A DNA stretch of 64,000 nucleotides from an uncultured Clostridia bacterium. Lineage in GTDB: Bacteria > Bacillota > Clostridia > Christensenellales > UBA1242. Positions 47,289 through 56,175 of this stretch are shown piece by piece. The notes beneath the pieces are model-generated. The model was not told the DNA's origin, did not search any database, and was given only the letters and a program-made list of their open reading frames with translations. The stretch lies in the NCBI GenBank assembly GCA_934793215.1, contig CAKVOP010000001.1, positions 138,871-202,870 on the forward strand. The letters are read 5' to 3'. Numbering within the stretch: the first letter of the stretch is position 1; every line of letters begins with the position of its first letter. Made by a program: the position numbers and the translations under genes.

Positions 47289-49292
47289 ATGGAAAACATT
47301 TTTACAGAGGTTAAAAATCGTTTGTCCATAAAGGATGTTATTGAGCATTACTCCGCCGCATTGTTTAATAAAGGCAATAAATGCCACTGTCCGTTCCCAG
47401 ATCATCAAGATGTGAAAAGTCCGTCATTATCAATACTTAAAGATAATAATACATTTAGATGTTTTGGGTGCGACAAATGTGGCAGTGTTGTTGACTTTGT
47501 TATGATGTATAAAGGAGTAGATAGAATCCAAGCAGTTAGTATGCTTAATGAAGATTTTAACCTAGGCTTAAATTTAAAAGATCAAAGCAAAAAGAAATTT
47601 GATATCAATAAGTATTTGTTGGCGTGTGAAAAAAACATTAGTCAAACAGATTATTTTATTAAACGAGGATTGTCATCTACAACAATTAAGAAACATAGGC
47701 TTGGCTATGACAAGGTTAAGAATGCGGTAACAATACCTTACAATGGTAAAATGAATTATGGTCAAATAAGATATATCAATGAAAAGAAATTTTGGAAACC
47801 ACCTACAAGCGATGTTGGCGCAGAACCGATATATAATGAAAATGCAATAAACGATAAAGATAACGAGCCAATCTTTATTGTTGAAAGCCCAATATGTGCA
47901 ATGAGTATTGAACAGTACAATTCAAAAGCAATTGCGATATGTGGAGGTGGCGGAGTTTCTAAGTTGGATAAGGCACTTAAAGGCAAGAAAACTGGCAACC
48001 TAGGATTTATACTGGCACTAGACAATGATGAGCCAGGCACAAGATATACTGACGAATTTGTGGCATATTTCAAAAGCAAGAGAATTAAATATGCGGTGTG
48101 CAATATTTCTGGCAAAGAGAAAGATCCTAATGACTTGCTGAAAAAGTCCTCTGAGGCTTTGGTTAAAAATATAGTCAAAGCAAGAAAGGAATATTTCAGT
48201 AAATGTACCTCATATAGAGATTTGAAATCGGCGCAAGAAATTACGAATATGACATTAAAACCTGTCAATTGGTTAGTTAATGACTTATTCCCTACTGGAC
48301 TAAGTATTATTTGTGGAGCTTCTAAGATTGGAAAGAGTTGGTTTGTGCAAAACTTGTGTTTATCTATAAGTAATGGGGACAAATTTTTAGATAAACCTGC
48401 ATCAAAAAATGCATGTTGGTATATGGCACTAGAAGACGATGAAAGTCTGTCACAAGCAAGACTTAAAATGATGCTAAAAGGCAAATCTGCACCAAACAAC
48501 TTTTTTATATCATACGAAATATATCCAATGGACAAGATTGACAAAGATAGACCTACACTAATGGAATATATCGCTGAAAATATAAAAAGAAATCCAGAAA
48601 TAAAATGTGTGGTTGTAGACACCTTTCAAAAGGTGAGAAGTGCGTCAGCCTATGGCGAAAGCATGTATGCTCATGATTATAGAGACATTTCCACGCTGAA
48701 AAAACTTGCTGATGAGTTGCAAATTGCAATAATTCTCATTCATCACACCAATAAAATGAAAGACAGAGATACAGATGGCGATCCATTTGCTAAAATCAGT
48801 GGAACTAATGGGCTGATGGCAAGTGCGGACTGTATTTTTTTGTTGGATAGAAAACGTGGAGAACAAGAAGTTCTATTTGCGTTTACTGGAAGAAAAATAA
48901 GGTGTGATACTTGGACAATATGTCAAAGCGAGGTGGATATGACTTGGTCAAAAGTAGGAACTGCCGAAGAAGAAGCCTACAAAAAGAAATTAAAGGAATA
49001 CAACCACAGCCCTTATGTAATTACAATCAAGCATTTGCTTGCTGTAAACGATGGAGATTGGAGTGGGTCTTCCACTAAGTTTATAGAAGAACTTGGCAAA
49101 CTCTATCCTAACGGAATGCCAATAAATCCTATTCCTTCTGTCGTTGAAAAAGATATAAACGAAATATCTGAAAGCTTAAAGCAGTTTGATCAAATAATTC
49201 ACTTAAATACAAACCCACATGGTGGGACAAATGGTAGACAACATAGGTTCTACTACATCAATAAAAAAAGAGAACAAACTTATATATCTTAG
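47289..49292 (+). CDS. Bifunctional primase-helicase (CHC2 zinc finger + Toprim + RecA-like AAA_25 domain)
   Basis: CHCPFPDHQDVKSPS...FRCFGCDKCG zinc finger, Toprim-like VESPICAMS...LDNDEPG, Walker A GASKIGKSW, Walker B VVVDTF, and ILIHHTNK. Confidence 0.85.
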   Translation: MENIFTEVKNRLSIKDVIEHYSAALFNKGNKCHCPFPDHQDVKSPSLSILKDNNTFRCFGCDKCGSVVDFVMMYKGVDRIQAVSMLNEDFNLGLNLKDQSKKKFDINKYLLACEKNISQTDYFIKRGLSSTTIKKHRLGYDKVKNAVTIPYNGKMNYGQIRYINEKKFWKPPTSDVGAEPIYNENAINDKDNEPIFIVESPICAMSIEQYNSKAIAICGGGGVSKLDKALKGKKTGNLGFILALDNDEPGTRYTDEFVAYFKSKRIKYAVCNISGKEKDPNDLLKKSSEALVKNIVKARKEYFSKCTSYRDLKSAQEITNMTLKPVNWLVNDLFPTGLSIICGASKIGKSWFVQNLCLSISNGDKFLDKPASKNACWYMALEDDESLSQARLKMMLKGKSAPNNFFISYEIYPMDKIDKDRPTLMEYIAENIKRNPEIKCVVVDTFQKVRSASAYGESMYAHDYRDISTLKKLADELQIAIILIHHTNKMKDRDTDGDPFAKISGTNGLMASADCIFLLDRKRGEQEVLFAFTGRKIRCDTWTICQSEVDMTWSKVGTAEEEAYKKKLKEYNHSPYVITIKHLLAVNDGDWSGSSTKFIEELGKLYPNGMPINPIPSVVEKDINEISESLKQFDQIIHLNTNPHGGTNGRQHRFYYINKKREQTYIS

Positions 49293-49296
49293 AACA

Positions 49297-49360
49297 CTGT
49301 TATTCTCGTTATTGCTGTTATAGGGACAATTAAAATAACAGCAATAACACCTATAACAGT
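49297..49360. repeat. Nested inverted repeats built on the heptamer CTGTTAT (2 direct + 2 inverted copies)
   Basis: GTTATTGCTGTTAT (49308-49321) pairs perfectly with ATAACAGCAATAAC (49335-49348). CTGTTATAGG (49315-49324) pairs with CCTATAACAG (49350-49359). ACTGTTAT (49297-49304) pairs with ATAACAGT (49353-49360). Confidence 0.85.
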
Positions 49361-49400
49361 AAAAAGGTATATAGAAAAAATTAAAAAACTAGGAGTAAAT

Positions 49401-49736
49401 ATGTTTGAACATTATGACTTTTATAAAGCCAGTCAATTTCTGGCAAAAACAAATCAATGTAAATGGATAATACAAGGAGTTACTGGACTTTTGCAATATG
49501 ATGAAAGAGATATCCTTAACACCATTAAAAAGTTAAAGCCTTGCAATTATTATATGATTGAAAAACTTTATTATAAGATAATGCAAGATATGGATTATGA
49601 AGTTCCATTTACATTAGAAGAACTCTTAATTTGTATTAAAAATTATCCAAAAAGTAAATATAGAAAATTCAATCAAAACGCATATGATTATGTAAAGACT
49701 TTATATGAAAGATTGCAACACTTATTCCCAGTCTAA
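49401..49736 (+). CDS. Hypothetical protein (island)
   Basis: 111-aa ORF with an AGGAG SD. No recognisable motif. Confidence 0.55.
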   Translation: MFEHYDFYKASQFLAKTNQCKWIIQGVTGLLQYDERDILNTIKKLKPCNYYMIEKLYYKIMQDMDYEVPFTLEELLICIKNYPKSKYRKFNQNAYDYVKTLYERLQHLFPV

Positions 49737-49811
49737 GCCCCAGGGGCGGTCAAATCTCTACGAGAGTCAACTACCAGAACGGGCAGGCAGTCGCACACAA
49801 ACTTTCGCGTA

Positions 49812-49942
49812 ATCAAAAATCAAAATGATAATCAAAATATTGAAAATATTACTAGTAGATCATTTCACTAGTATTTTTTATTACTAAAAGTTTTATTTGA
49901 AAAGTAAAAAAACACGAAAATAATTCAAAAAATAATCAAAAT
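49812..49942. repeat. AT-rich region with ATCAAAAT iteron-like repeats (candidate replication origin)
   Basis: ATCAAAAAT (49812-49820), ATCAAAAT (49819-49826), ATCAAAAT (49831-49838), ATCAAAAT (49935-49942). A terminator hairpin TACTAGT...ACTAGTA plus T-run lies at 49850-49879. Confidence 0.45.
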
Positions 49943-50207
49943 AAAAAAATTAAGGAATGTTTTATAATTTGCGAAAACTTGATTGAGAAAGTCTTTTCAA
50001 GCGACTGTGAGCAAATTTAAGGCAAATAAGAGCAATATTACAAAGATATAAGAAAACAAGATTACAAAAAGACAAAGTTTCAAGGATACAAATATAAAAA
50101 ATCTTTTATTTTATTTGGCTGTTCGCTGGACTTTAATATTCTTTTGCGGTATGTGTTGTACTAGCAAAAGTACAAGTCCAGTTGAGAACAGCACACTGGA
50201 GGTATCA

Positions 50208-50426
50208 ATGCAAAGAATAAGGACTATTACTGAGACGTTACAGATGTTGAAGAAAGAAGATCCAGAAACTTGTTTAAGTGAGTTTCTAATTAGGAAGCTT
50301 GCGAATAACTACAAAATCCGTTCTATCAAAACTGGCAACAAGGTGCTGATTGATTACGACTCCCTACTTGCTTTCTTGCAGAGTAAAAGTTACGAGTTGC
50401 CAATGGAACAAATCATTATTGGATAA
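50208..50426 (+). CDS. Excisionase-like HTH protein upstream of int
   Basis: GGAGG SD before the ATG at 50208 (MQRIRTITETLQMLKKEDPE...). The ORF-track start at 50115 has no SD. The ...KVLIDYDSLLAFL pattern resembles DNA-binding excisionase-family proteins. 11 nt upstream of int. Confidence 0.55.
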   Translation: MQRIRTITETLQMLKKEDPETCLSEFLIRKLANNYKIRSIKTGNKVLIDYDSLLAFLQSKSYELPMEQIIIG

Positions 50427-50437
50427 GGAGAAAGGTT

Positions 50438-51829
50438 ATGCCATGTATAAAGAAAAATGTGCTAGACACGGGTGCGATTTCATATCGCATCCAAGTCAAA
50501 GCCAAAAATGAAAGGACTGGTAAGTTTGAGGCAAAGGTAATGACTTGCAGAAAACCAGCAGAATTAACTGAAAGGCAATACGAAAGAGAACTGCAAAGAA
50601 TTGCCTTTGAGTTTGAAGATAAGTTTCGCAAATCAATGAATGGCTTGCTTGTCGTAGATAACGACATATTGTTTATAGATTATGCCAACAAATGGCTTGA
50701 AAAAGTTAAGAATACAAAGTCGCTCAATTACTATGTAAAGGGAAAAGACAGCATCAAAAAGTTTTATGCTTACTTTGGAAATATTAAACTAAATCAAATC
50801 ACGCCAGTTATGGTACAAGGTTTCTTGGATGAAATGAGTTTCAAAAAAGTTGAAAAGAAAAGTGCTGTGATGATTAAAGACATAACGCAATATCTTAAAT
50901 CGCATTGCATAAAACTGGTAGACGCAACAAACAAAACTGGTATATCAAGGTCAATATTCTTCTCTGCCACAAGCGGACACGGAATAAGAGTTGAGAATGC
51001 TGAGCGAATATGTAAAGAATTAGGACTAAAATATGACGAATATTTTAGAACGGAAGTTATTAGTCATCCTTATGCAAAAGAGACAATACTCAAACTTAAA
51101 CGAACATTTGCAACAATCTTGGCGGAGGCAAAAAGACAAAGGCTTGTTGAACATAACTTCGCAAGCAGAGATTATATTGCACCAATACAAGGTTACAAAA
51201 AAGAGATACAAATATTAAATGACAAGGAGGCAAAGATACTGGCGCAATACTTGGATACAGAACCAAATCCACGCTGGAAGATTGCATTATTGACAATCTT
51301 GTTTATGGGATTAAGGCGTGGCGAACTTGCTGAACTTGAATGGAAAGACATTGATTTTGAAAACAAAACAATGACAATTCAAAGATCGGTGCAAGATATT
51401 GTTGGCTTTGGTCTTATAACCAAAGATCCAAAAACTGAAAACTCAAAACGCACAATATCAATGCCAGATAAACTCATAATATATTTAAAAGAATATCAAG
51501 TGTGGTGGGATAATCAAAAACATTACTTGGGCGACCGTTGGAAAGATACTGACAGATTATTCTGCACAGAAGACGGAAAAACAATCTCACTAGGGCTATT
51601 CAGAGTTTGGCTACAGAAAACACTTGCAAAAGCGGGCTTGCCAAAAGTATCTCTTCACTCACTTCGTCACACAAATATAACCTTGCAACTGATTGCTGGT
51701 GTAGACATGAAAACCGTATCCGCACGTGCTGGTCACAGTAAAGCATCAACCACCAGCGACTTCTATAGCCACTTCATAAAGAATTCAGATATTCACGCAA
51801 GTGAAATAATTAACAAGATATTCGAATAA
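50438..51829 (+). CDS. int: Tyrosine site-specific integrase
   Basis: Catalytic-domain signatures LTILFMGLRRGEL (Arg I), HSLRHTNITL (H-x-x-R) and AGHSKASTTSDFYSH (His/Tyr). N-terminal arm-binding-like and SAM-like domains. Confidence 0.9.
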   Translation: MPCIKKNVLDTGAISYRIQVKAKNERTGKFEAKVMTCRKPAELTERQYERELQRIAFEFEDKFRKSMNGLLVVDNDILFIDYANKWLEKVKNTKSLNYYVKGKDSIKKFYAYFGNIKLNQITPVMVQGFLDEMSFKKVEKKSAVMIKDITQYLKSHCIKLVDATNKTGISRSIFFSATSGHGIRVENAERICKELGLKYDEYFRTEVISHPYAKETILKLKRTFATILAEAKRQRLVEHNFASRDYIAPIQGYKKEIQILNDKEAKILAQYLDTEPNPRWKIALLTILFMGLRRGELAELEWKDIDFENKTMTIQRSVQDIVGFGLITKDPKTENSKRTISMPDKLIIYLKEYQVWWDNQKHYLGDRWKDTDRLFCTEDGKTISLGLFRVWLQKTLAKAGLPKVSLHSLRHTNITLQLIAGVDMKTVSARAGHSKASTTSDFYSHFIKNSDIHASEIINKIFE

Positions 51830-51911
51830 ATCTTCAATTTAAATAAAATGACAACAATAGTATTACAAATTGTCTTTCTTGTGTTATAATGTCAGCATCA
51901 ACGGAGGAAAG

Positions 51912-54038
51912 ATGGAAGATAATCCTTTGCAAAAACTTGCAAATAAATATTCATATGAAGCTGTCGATTGTAAAGTAAACCAATTTGTAGATAATTTAAA
52001 AAGATATGATGTTGCTAACGTTTTGGTAAAACTTGTTGAAAAGTCATTTGTTTTTGCTAATAATTCTGAGAGTAAAAAAGCTGAAGATTATAGAATGATG
52101 ATTGGTTATATTCAGTCGCTATATGCGGGCAATATCTTCACAAATACTTTACATTGTAAAGAAAAAGAATTTAATGACCTAATCGAAGACTGTAATAGTA
52201 TTATAAACTCATGTATGATTGCAGAATCTATAAATACACCTATTGATGAATCACTTGCAGACTTTTCATCGAGATTATATGAAATAAGTCAAGGCAAAAC
52301 ATATCCCATCTTTGCTCCTTGGATTTTAGAGAATTTGTTAAAGCCTCAAGACAGCTTATTAAAAGAATCTTATGGTATTACGGCAGATGAAGTAATCACA
52401 GGTTTGTTAAATATAGCAAAAGCACTTACTGAGGCGGCGGCTTATATAATTAACGGCAACTGTTTAAGCAAAGATATGTTAATGGTAAAAAAAATCACAA
52501 ATTGGCCTGACAACTTTATTAATGATTTATCATTTGAAAATGGTATTGCAGAAGAATTTTCTACTAGAGATAAGTTTGCTAATTGGTTTAATATTGAAAT
52601 GCCAACAAAACAAAAACCATTTATAAAAATAGATGGCATAAGTTATTTGTTTGAATTTAGTATCGTTTTTGATAACTTTTATAGATCAATACAAAAAGCT
52701 ATTTGTAAACAAAATAAGCATTTTATCGATGTGTGGCAAGAAAATCAGAAGGAAGCATCAGAAAATTTTGCGACGGGTTTATTTTCATATCCATTATTGG
52801 GGTCATTTTGTTCACTAAATAACTATTATAGATTGGATAAAAACAACTGGATTGAAAATGATGCCATAATTGTTTATAAAAACATACTATTTGTTATGGA
52901 AGTTAAAGCAGGTTCTTTTACTCCGAGATCAGTAATCTTAGATAATGAGTCGCACAAAACAGCAAAAAAATCATTAATAGAAAAGCCTATATTTCAAAGT
53001 GAAAGATTAATAACAAAATTAGATAGAGATAAATCAGTTGAAATATTCGATGCGAGTCATAAAAATAAGATTTGTACTTTAAAAAGAGAGGAATTCAAAT
53101 TCATAATTCCAATTGTGGTCACGCTTGATCCAATAGGAGAGATACTTTCTATGTATAGAAATAAAGAAGAACTTAACTTCTTACCTATCAGTTTAGAAGA
53201 TTTAGCGATTTATTCAAATTTTTTTGAAAATGAGCCAATATTTTTTATTCACTATCTGCTAGAGAGAGTAAAAAATATTAATATAAAAAATTTTATGATT
53301 AACGATGAATTGGATTTCTTGGGTGGTTATTTAGCAAATAGAAATTTTAATCATCGATATAATCATTTGGTTGAAGAAGAAGGACTCGAAGAGTCTAATA
53401 TTGGAAGTCTTTGGGTTGATAATATGCACGAGCAACTTGATTTATATTTTGGTTGTGCAATGAGTACAAAAAAGCCCCAATTTAATGTCTCAGATTTTAT
53501 ATATGATTTAATCAAGAGTTTTGAGAAAAACTTAAATGCTAATTTATTAAATCTAGCAATAATAATTTTAGGCCAAAACGATATGTTTCATGACAACTTA
53601 GAGGATTGCGTCTCTAAGATAATTAATAGACAAGCTGTTACAAATAAATTTGCAAGTATAACAATCTTTTTTGAGGATAATGCTGAATTTATACCTATTC
53701 AACTTTTCGCAAATGATGATAATAATATTTGCACTACAGAAGAAAAAGCAAAAAAGTACGCTTTGGCAACTATGAAAGCAAGAGGATATGCCAATATTTA
53801 CTATTTAATTATAAACACTAATCACGGAAAAATATCTTCAATAATTGCAAAATATCTTAATGAAGAAAATTTTATTGATGTAGAGACATCAGAACTTGAG
53901 TTCTTGCAAAGTTATATTCAAACCAATTCATTGCCACTAAATAAATCAGATAAAACAAAAGACAAGAAAATAGGGAGAAATGACTTGTGTCCATGTGGTA
54001 GTGGTAGAAAGTATAAGAAGTGTTGTTTGAATAAATAA
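51912..54038 (+). CDS. Large uncharacterised protein with a PD-(D/E)xK-like motif and C-terminal SEC-C zinc motif
   Basis: TGTTATAAT -10 and GGAGG SD before the ATG at 51912. [21 protein letters not shown] gives a D-x12-E-x-K pattern. The extreme C-terminus [13 protein letters not shown] is a SEC-C motif. No NTPase motif seen. Confidence 0.6.
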   Translation: MEDNPLQKLANKYSYEAVDCKVNQFVDNLKRYDVANVLVKLVEKSFVFANNSESKKAEDYRMMIGYIQSLYAGNIFTNTLHCKEKEFNDLIEDCNSIINSCMIAESINTPIDESLADFSSRLYEISQGKTYPIFAPWILENLLKPQDSLLKESYGITADEVITGLLNIAKALTEAAAYIINGNCLSKDMLMVKKITNWPDNFINDLSFENGIAEEFSTRDKFANWFNIEMPTKQKPFIKIDGISYLFEFSIVFDNFYRSIQKAICKQNKHFIDVWQENQKEASENFATGLFSYPLLGSFCSLNNYYRLDKNNWIENDAIIVYKNILFVMEVKAGSFTPRSVILDNESHKTAKKSLIEKPIFQSERLITKLDRDKSVEIFDASHKNKICTLKREEFKFIIPIVVTLDPIGEILSMYRNKEELNFLPISLEDLAIYSNFFENEPIFFIHYLLERVKNINIKNFMINDELDFLGGYLANRNFNHRYNHLVEEEGLEESNIGSLWVDNMHEQLDLYFGCAMSTKKPQFNVSDFIYDLIKSFEKNLNANLLNLAIIILGQNDMFHDNLEDCVSKIINRQAVTNKFASITIFFEDNAEFIPIQLFANDDNNICTTEEKAKKYALATMKARGYANIYYLIINTNHGKISSIIAKYLNEENFIDVETSELEFLQSYIQTNSLPLNKSDKTKDKKIGRNDLCPCGSGRKYKKCCLNK

Positions 54039-54059
54039 TGACGGACAATTGTGTTTAGA

Positions 54060-54686
54060 TTATAAATAGCTTATTAATGAGCCTTTTGTTTCGCTTAAGA
54101 ATTTTTCAATCATGTTGAATAGTATCTTTGACACATTAATAAAAGAAGCAGCGTTTATTAAGATGTCTCTACTCTTATCTTTATTTCCTATAGCCATATT
54201 TATTTTTAATTTCATATCGCCAATAGAAGAAACGCACGATTTCATGTTGAATCTAGTAAAATGTACAGCTTTACAAGTAAATTTATATAATTCCTTAAAA
54301 GATTCATGTTCTTCAGATATAAGTTCTGCTAATTTGTTCTCAGACAAATTCTTACCATTGTATTTAAACTTCTTTATTTCGAAATTGTCGTTATAAACTT
54401 CTTGTAAAATGTCTTTCCATTGTTGTGATAATATACCTCCAAGTTTTAATAAAAGACAATTATCTATTTCTAATCTTAAAATAGGGACTTGTACATTTAG
54501 GTTAAATTTTTCAACTGAATAAGTAAATGCATCAACTATATCCAAAGATCGTTTTAAAATGGCGAAAATAAACAGATGAGTATTCAGTAATCCGCCAGTC
54601 TTTTTTATGCATTTTATAGAAAGTGATAAATGTTGTTCTTTTAGTGTTTTAAGTTGTTTAAGTATGTTGTCTAATTCTCTGTTCAT
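54060..54686 (-). CDS. All-helical hypothetical protein (weak resemblance to DUF5677/AbiV-like proteins)
   Basis: 208 aa, convergent with the 708-aa gene and divergent from the next gene. The resemblance is gestalt only (…AILKRSLDIVDAFTYSVE…LRLEIDNCLLLK…CKAVHFTRF…). Confidence 0.45.
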   Translation of the reverse strand: MNRELDNILKQLKTLKEQHLSLSIKCIKKTGGLLNTHLFIFAILKRSLDIVDAFTYSVEKFNLNVQVPILRLEIDNCLLLKLGGILSQQWKDILQEVYNDNFEIKKFKYNGKNLSENKLAELISEEHESFKELYKFTCKAVHFTRFNMKSCVSSIGDMKLKINMAIGNKDKSRDILINAASFINVSKILFNMIEKFLSETKGSLISYL

Positions 54687-54762
54687 ATGTATTCTCCCTT
54701 TTTATTATACCACATGAATTGAAATTAGTAGCTAAATATGTTAAAATAAGATGGAGGTTTGT

Positions 54763-55470
54763 ATGAAAGTATTTGACTCAAATATTTATGTGTATATGAT
54801 AAGAGTTTTTAGTAAAAAAGAATATCGCGATGATTTTATAAGGGGACACATGTACCTTAACGAATCTGGATATTTTAATAAATTAGAAGATAGTTTCCGT
54901 GGAGATAAATACGATAGTAAAATCGTCGAATATAATGCCACGATTTTTATAAATGGACATGAATTTCATCCAGATATAATGACACAAGGTTTTGTTGGAG
55001 ACGATAAAGTTCCAATTTTATGTATGACAATTTTGAATGAAGAGGCTCTTGTTCGCACGCATAATAATAAATTTAAGTTAAAACAAAGTGTTGTTGATGA
55101 ACTCTCGCAATTTGGTGAATATGGATTACTCTTCTATTATAGCGAATTGCGTGAGAATTTAGAGAAGTATGCCAAAGCACATGATTGGTTTATTGATCAA
55201 GATGTTGTAACTTATGTAGATACTAAGAAAAACAAAGAATATTTAAATTTATATTTTCATGATAGATTCAAGAAATATTTTGTAAAGGACATTACTTACA
55301 TAAACCAAAATGAGACTAGGCTTATATTTTTAAATAAGAGCAATCCTTTCATTCCTTTAGTTTCTCAGGAAAATAATCATATTGAGTTTGATATTGACCC
55401 ATTACTTAGTTATTATGAATTTGACATTAAGAAGAATATAGAAATGGAATTTAAAAAGACGACTAAATAA
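54763..55470 (+). CDS. Hypothetical protein (island cargo next to the element tRNA)
   Basis: GGAGG SD before the ATG at 54763 (MKVFDSNIYVYMIRVF...). 235 aa. A bidirectional terminator is shared with the tRNA. Confidence 0.55.
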   Translation: MKVFDSNIYVYMIRVFSKKEYRDDFIRGHMYLNESGYFNKLEDSFRGDKYDSKIVEYNATIFINGHEFHPDIMTQGFVGDDKVPILCMTILNEEALVRTHNNKFKLKQSVVDELSQFGEYGLLFYYSELRENLEKYAKAHDWFIDQDVVTYVDTKKNKEYLNLYFHDRFKKYFVKDITYINQNETRLIFLNKSNPFIPLVSQENNHIEFDIDPLLSYYEFDIKKNIEMEFKKTTK

Positions 55471-55492
55471 GCCGTCTTTTTTCTTTATAAAT

Positions 55493-55569
<77 letters not shown>

Positions 55570-55695
55570 ATATTAGGGTTTTTATTGGTGTTCGGTGAAC
55601 TTTTGGTGAATTTTGGTTTTGTGTGGGTTTCATGTAATCGCAAAATGTCAGTGTTTTAGGGGTGTTTAGCGATTTTCAATTTGTCCAAGTCGATA

Positions 55696-55735
<40 letters not shown>

Positions 55736-55825
55736 ATGTTTTGTTTTGTGATCTGTGGCATTGTGGTGGAGGGTATGTTTCGGTTTTGTAAATAAACGAG
55801 TGGTGTGGGGATTAGACACTAATTT

Positions 55826-55854
55826 AGTATATCACTTGTAAAAATTTATGTCAA
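55826..55854 (-). promoter_or_regulatory. Consensus sigma-A promoter upstream of the orphan tRNA-Arg 5' half
   Basis: Minus strand: TTGACA (55854-55849), 17-nt spacer, TATACT (55831-55826). About 90 nt upstream of position 1 of the tRNA half. Confidence 0.7.
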
Positions 55855-56175
55855 CTGTGTTGCAGACTCAGATTAAGACTCATGGTGGTAAGTTATGTTT
55901 TGTTATTTGTAAAACAAGTGCGGTTTTCCCTTTGGACATAAGAAAATTGCAGTATGTGAAAATTTTTTAACAGAACACAAGCAACAATGGGGATTCACAC
56001 CAATGAAAAAATTGGTATTTGTCTTTAAATTTGTTTTTAATTTACTTATTGCAAAAAGTTGACAAAAATTGGAGATAAATATATAATATTGTTGTAAAAA
56101 GTCGTGTAGTCTTTTAGTTTGTGACTTTGTCATATATTCATTTAATTTAGCCATATTAAAAATAAAGGAGAAACG

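Noticed and set aside
47762-48622. 286-aa ORF antisense to the primase-helicase gene
   Set aside because: It lies entirely inside a strongly supported plus-strand gene with clear motifs. Its product is low-complexity (Ser/Leu/Ile-rich), typical of antisense frames in AT-rich coding DNA.
55903-56154. 83-aa minus-strand ORF upstream of the LRR gene
   Set aside because: It overlaps the promoter and leader region of the LRR gene. It has no SD and no recognisable features.
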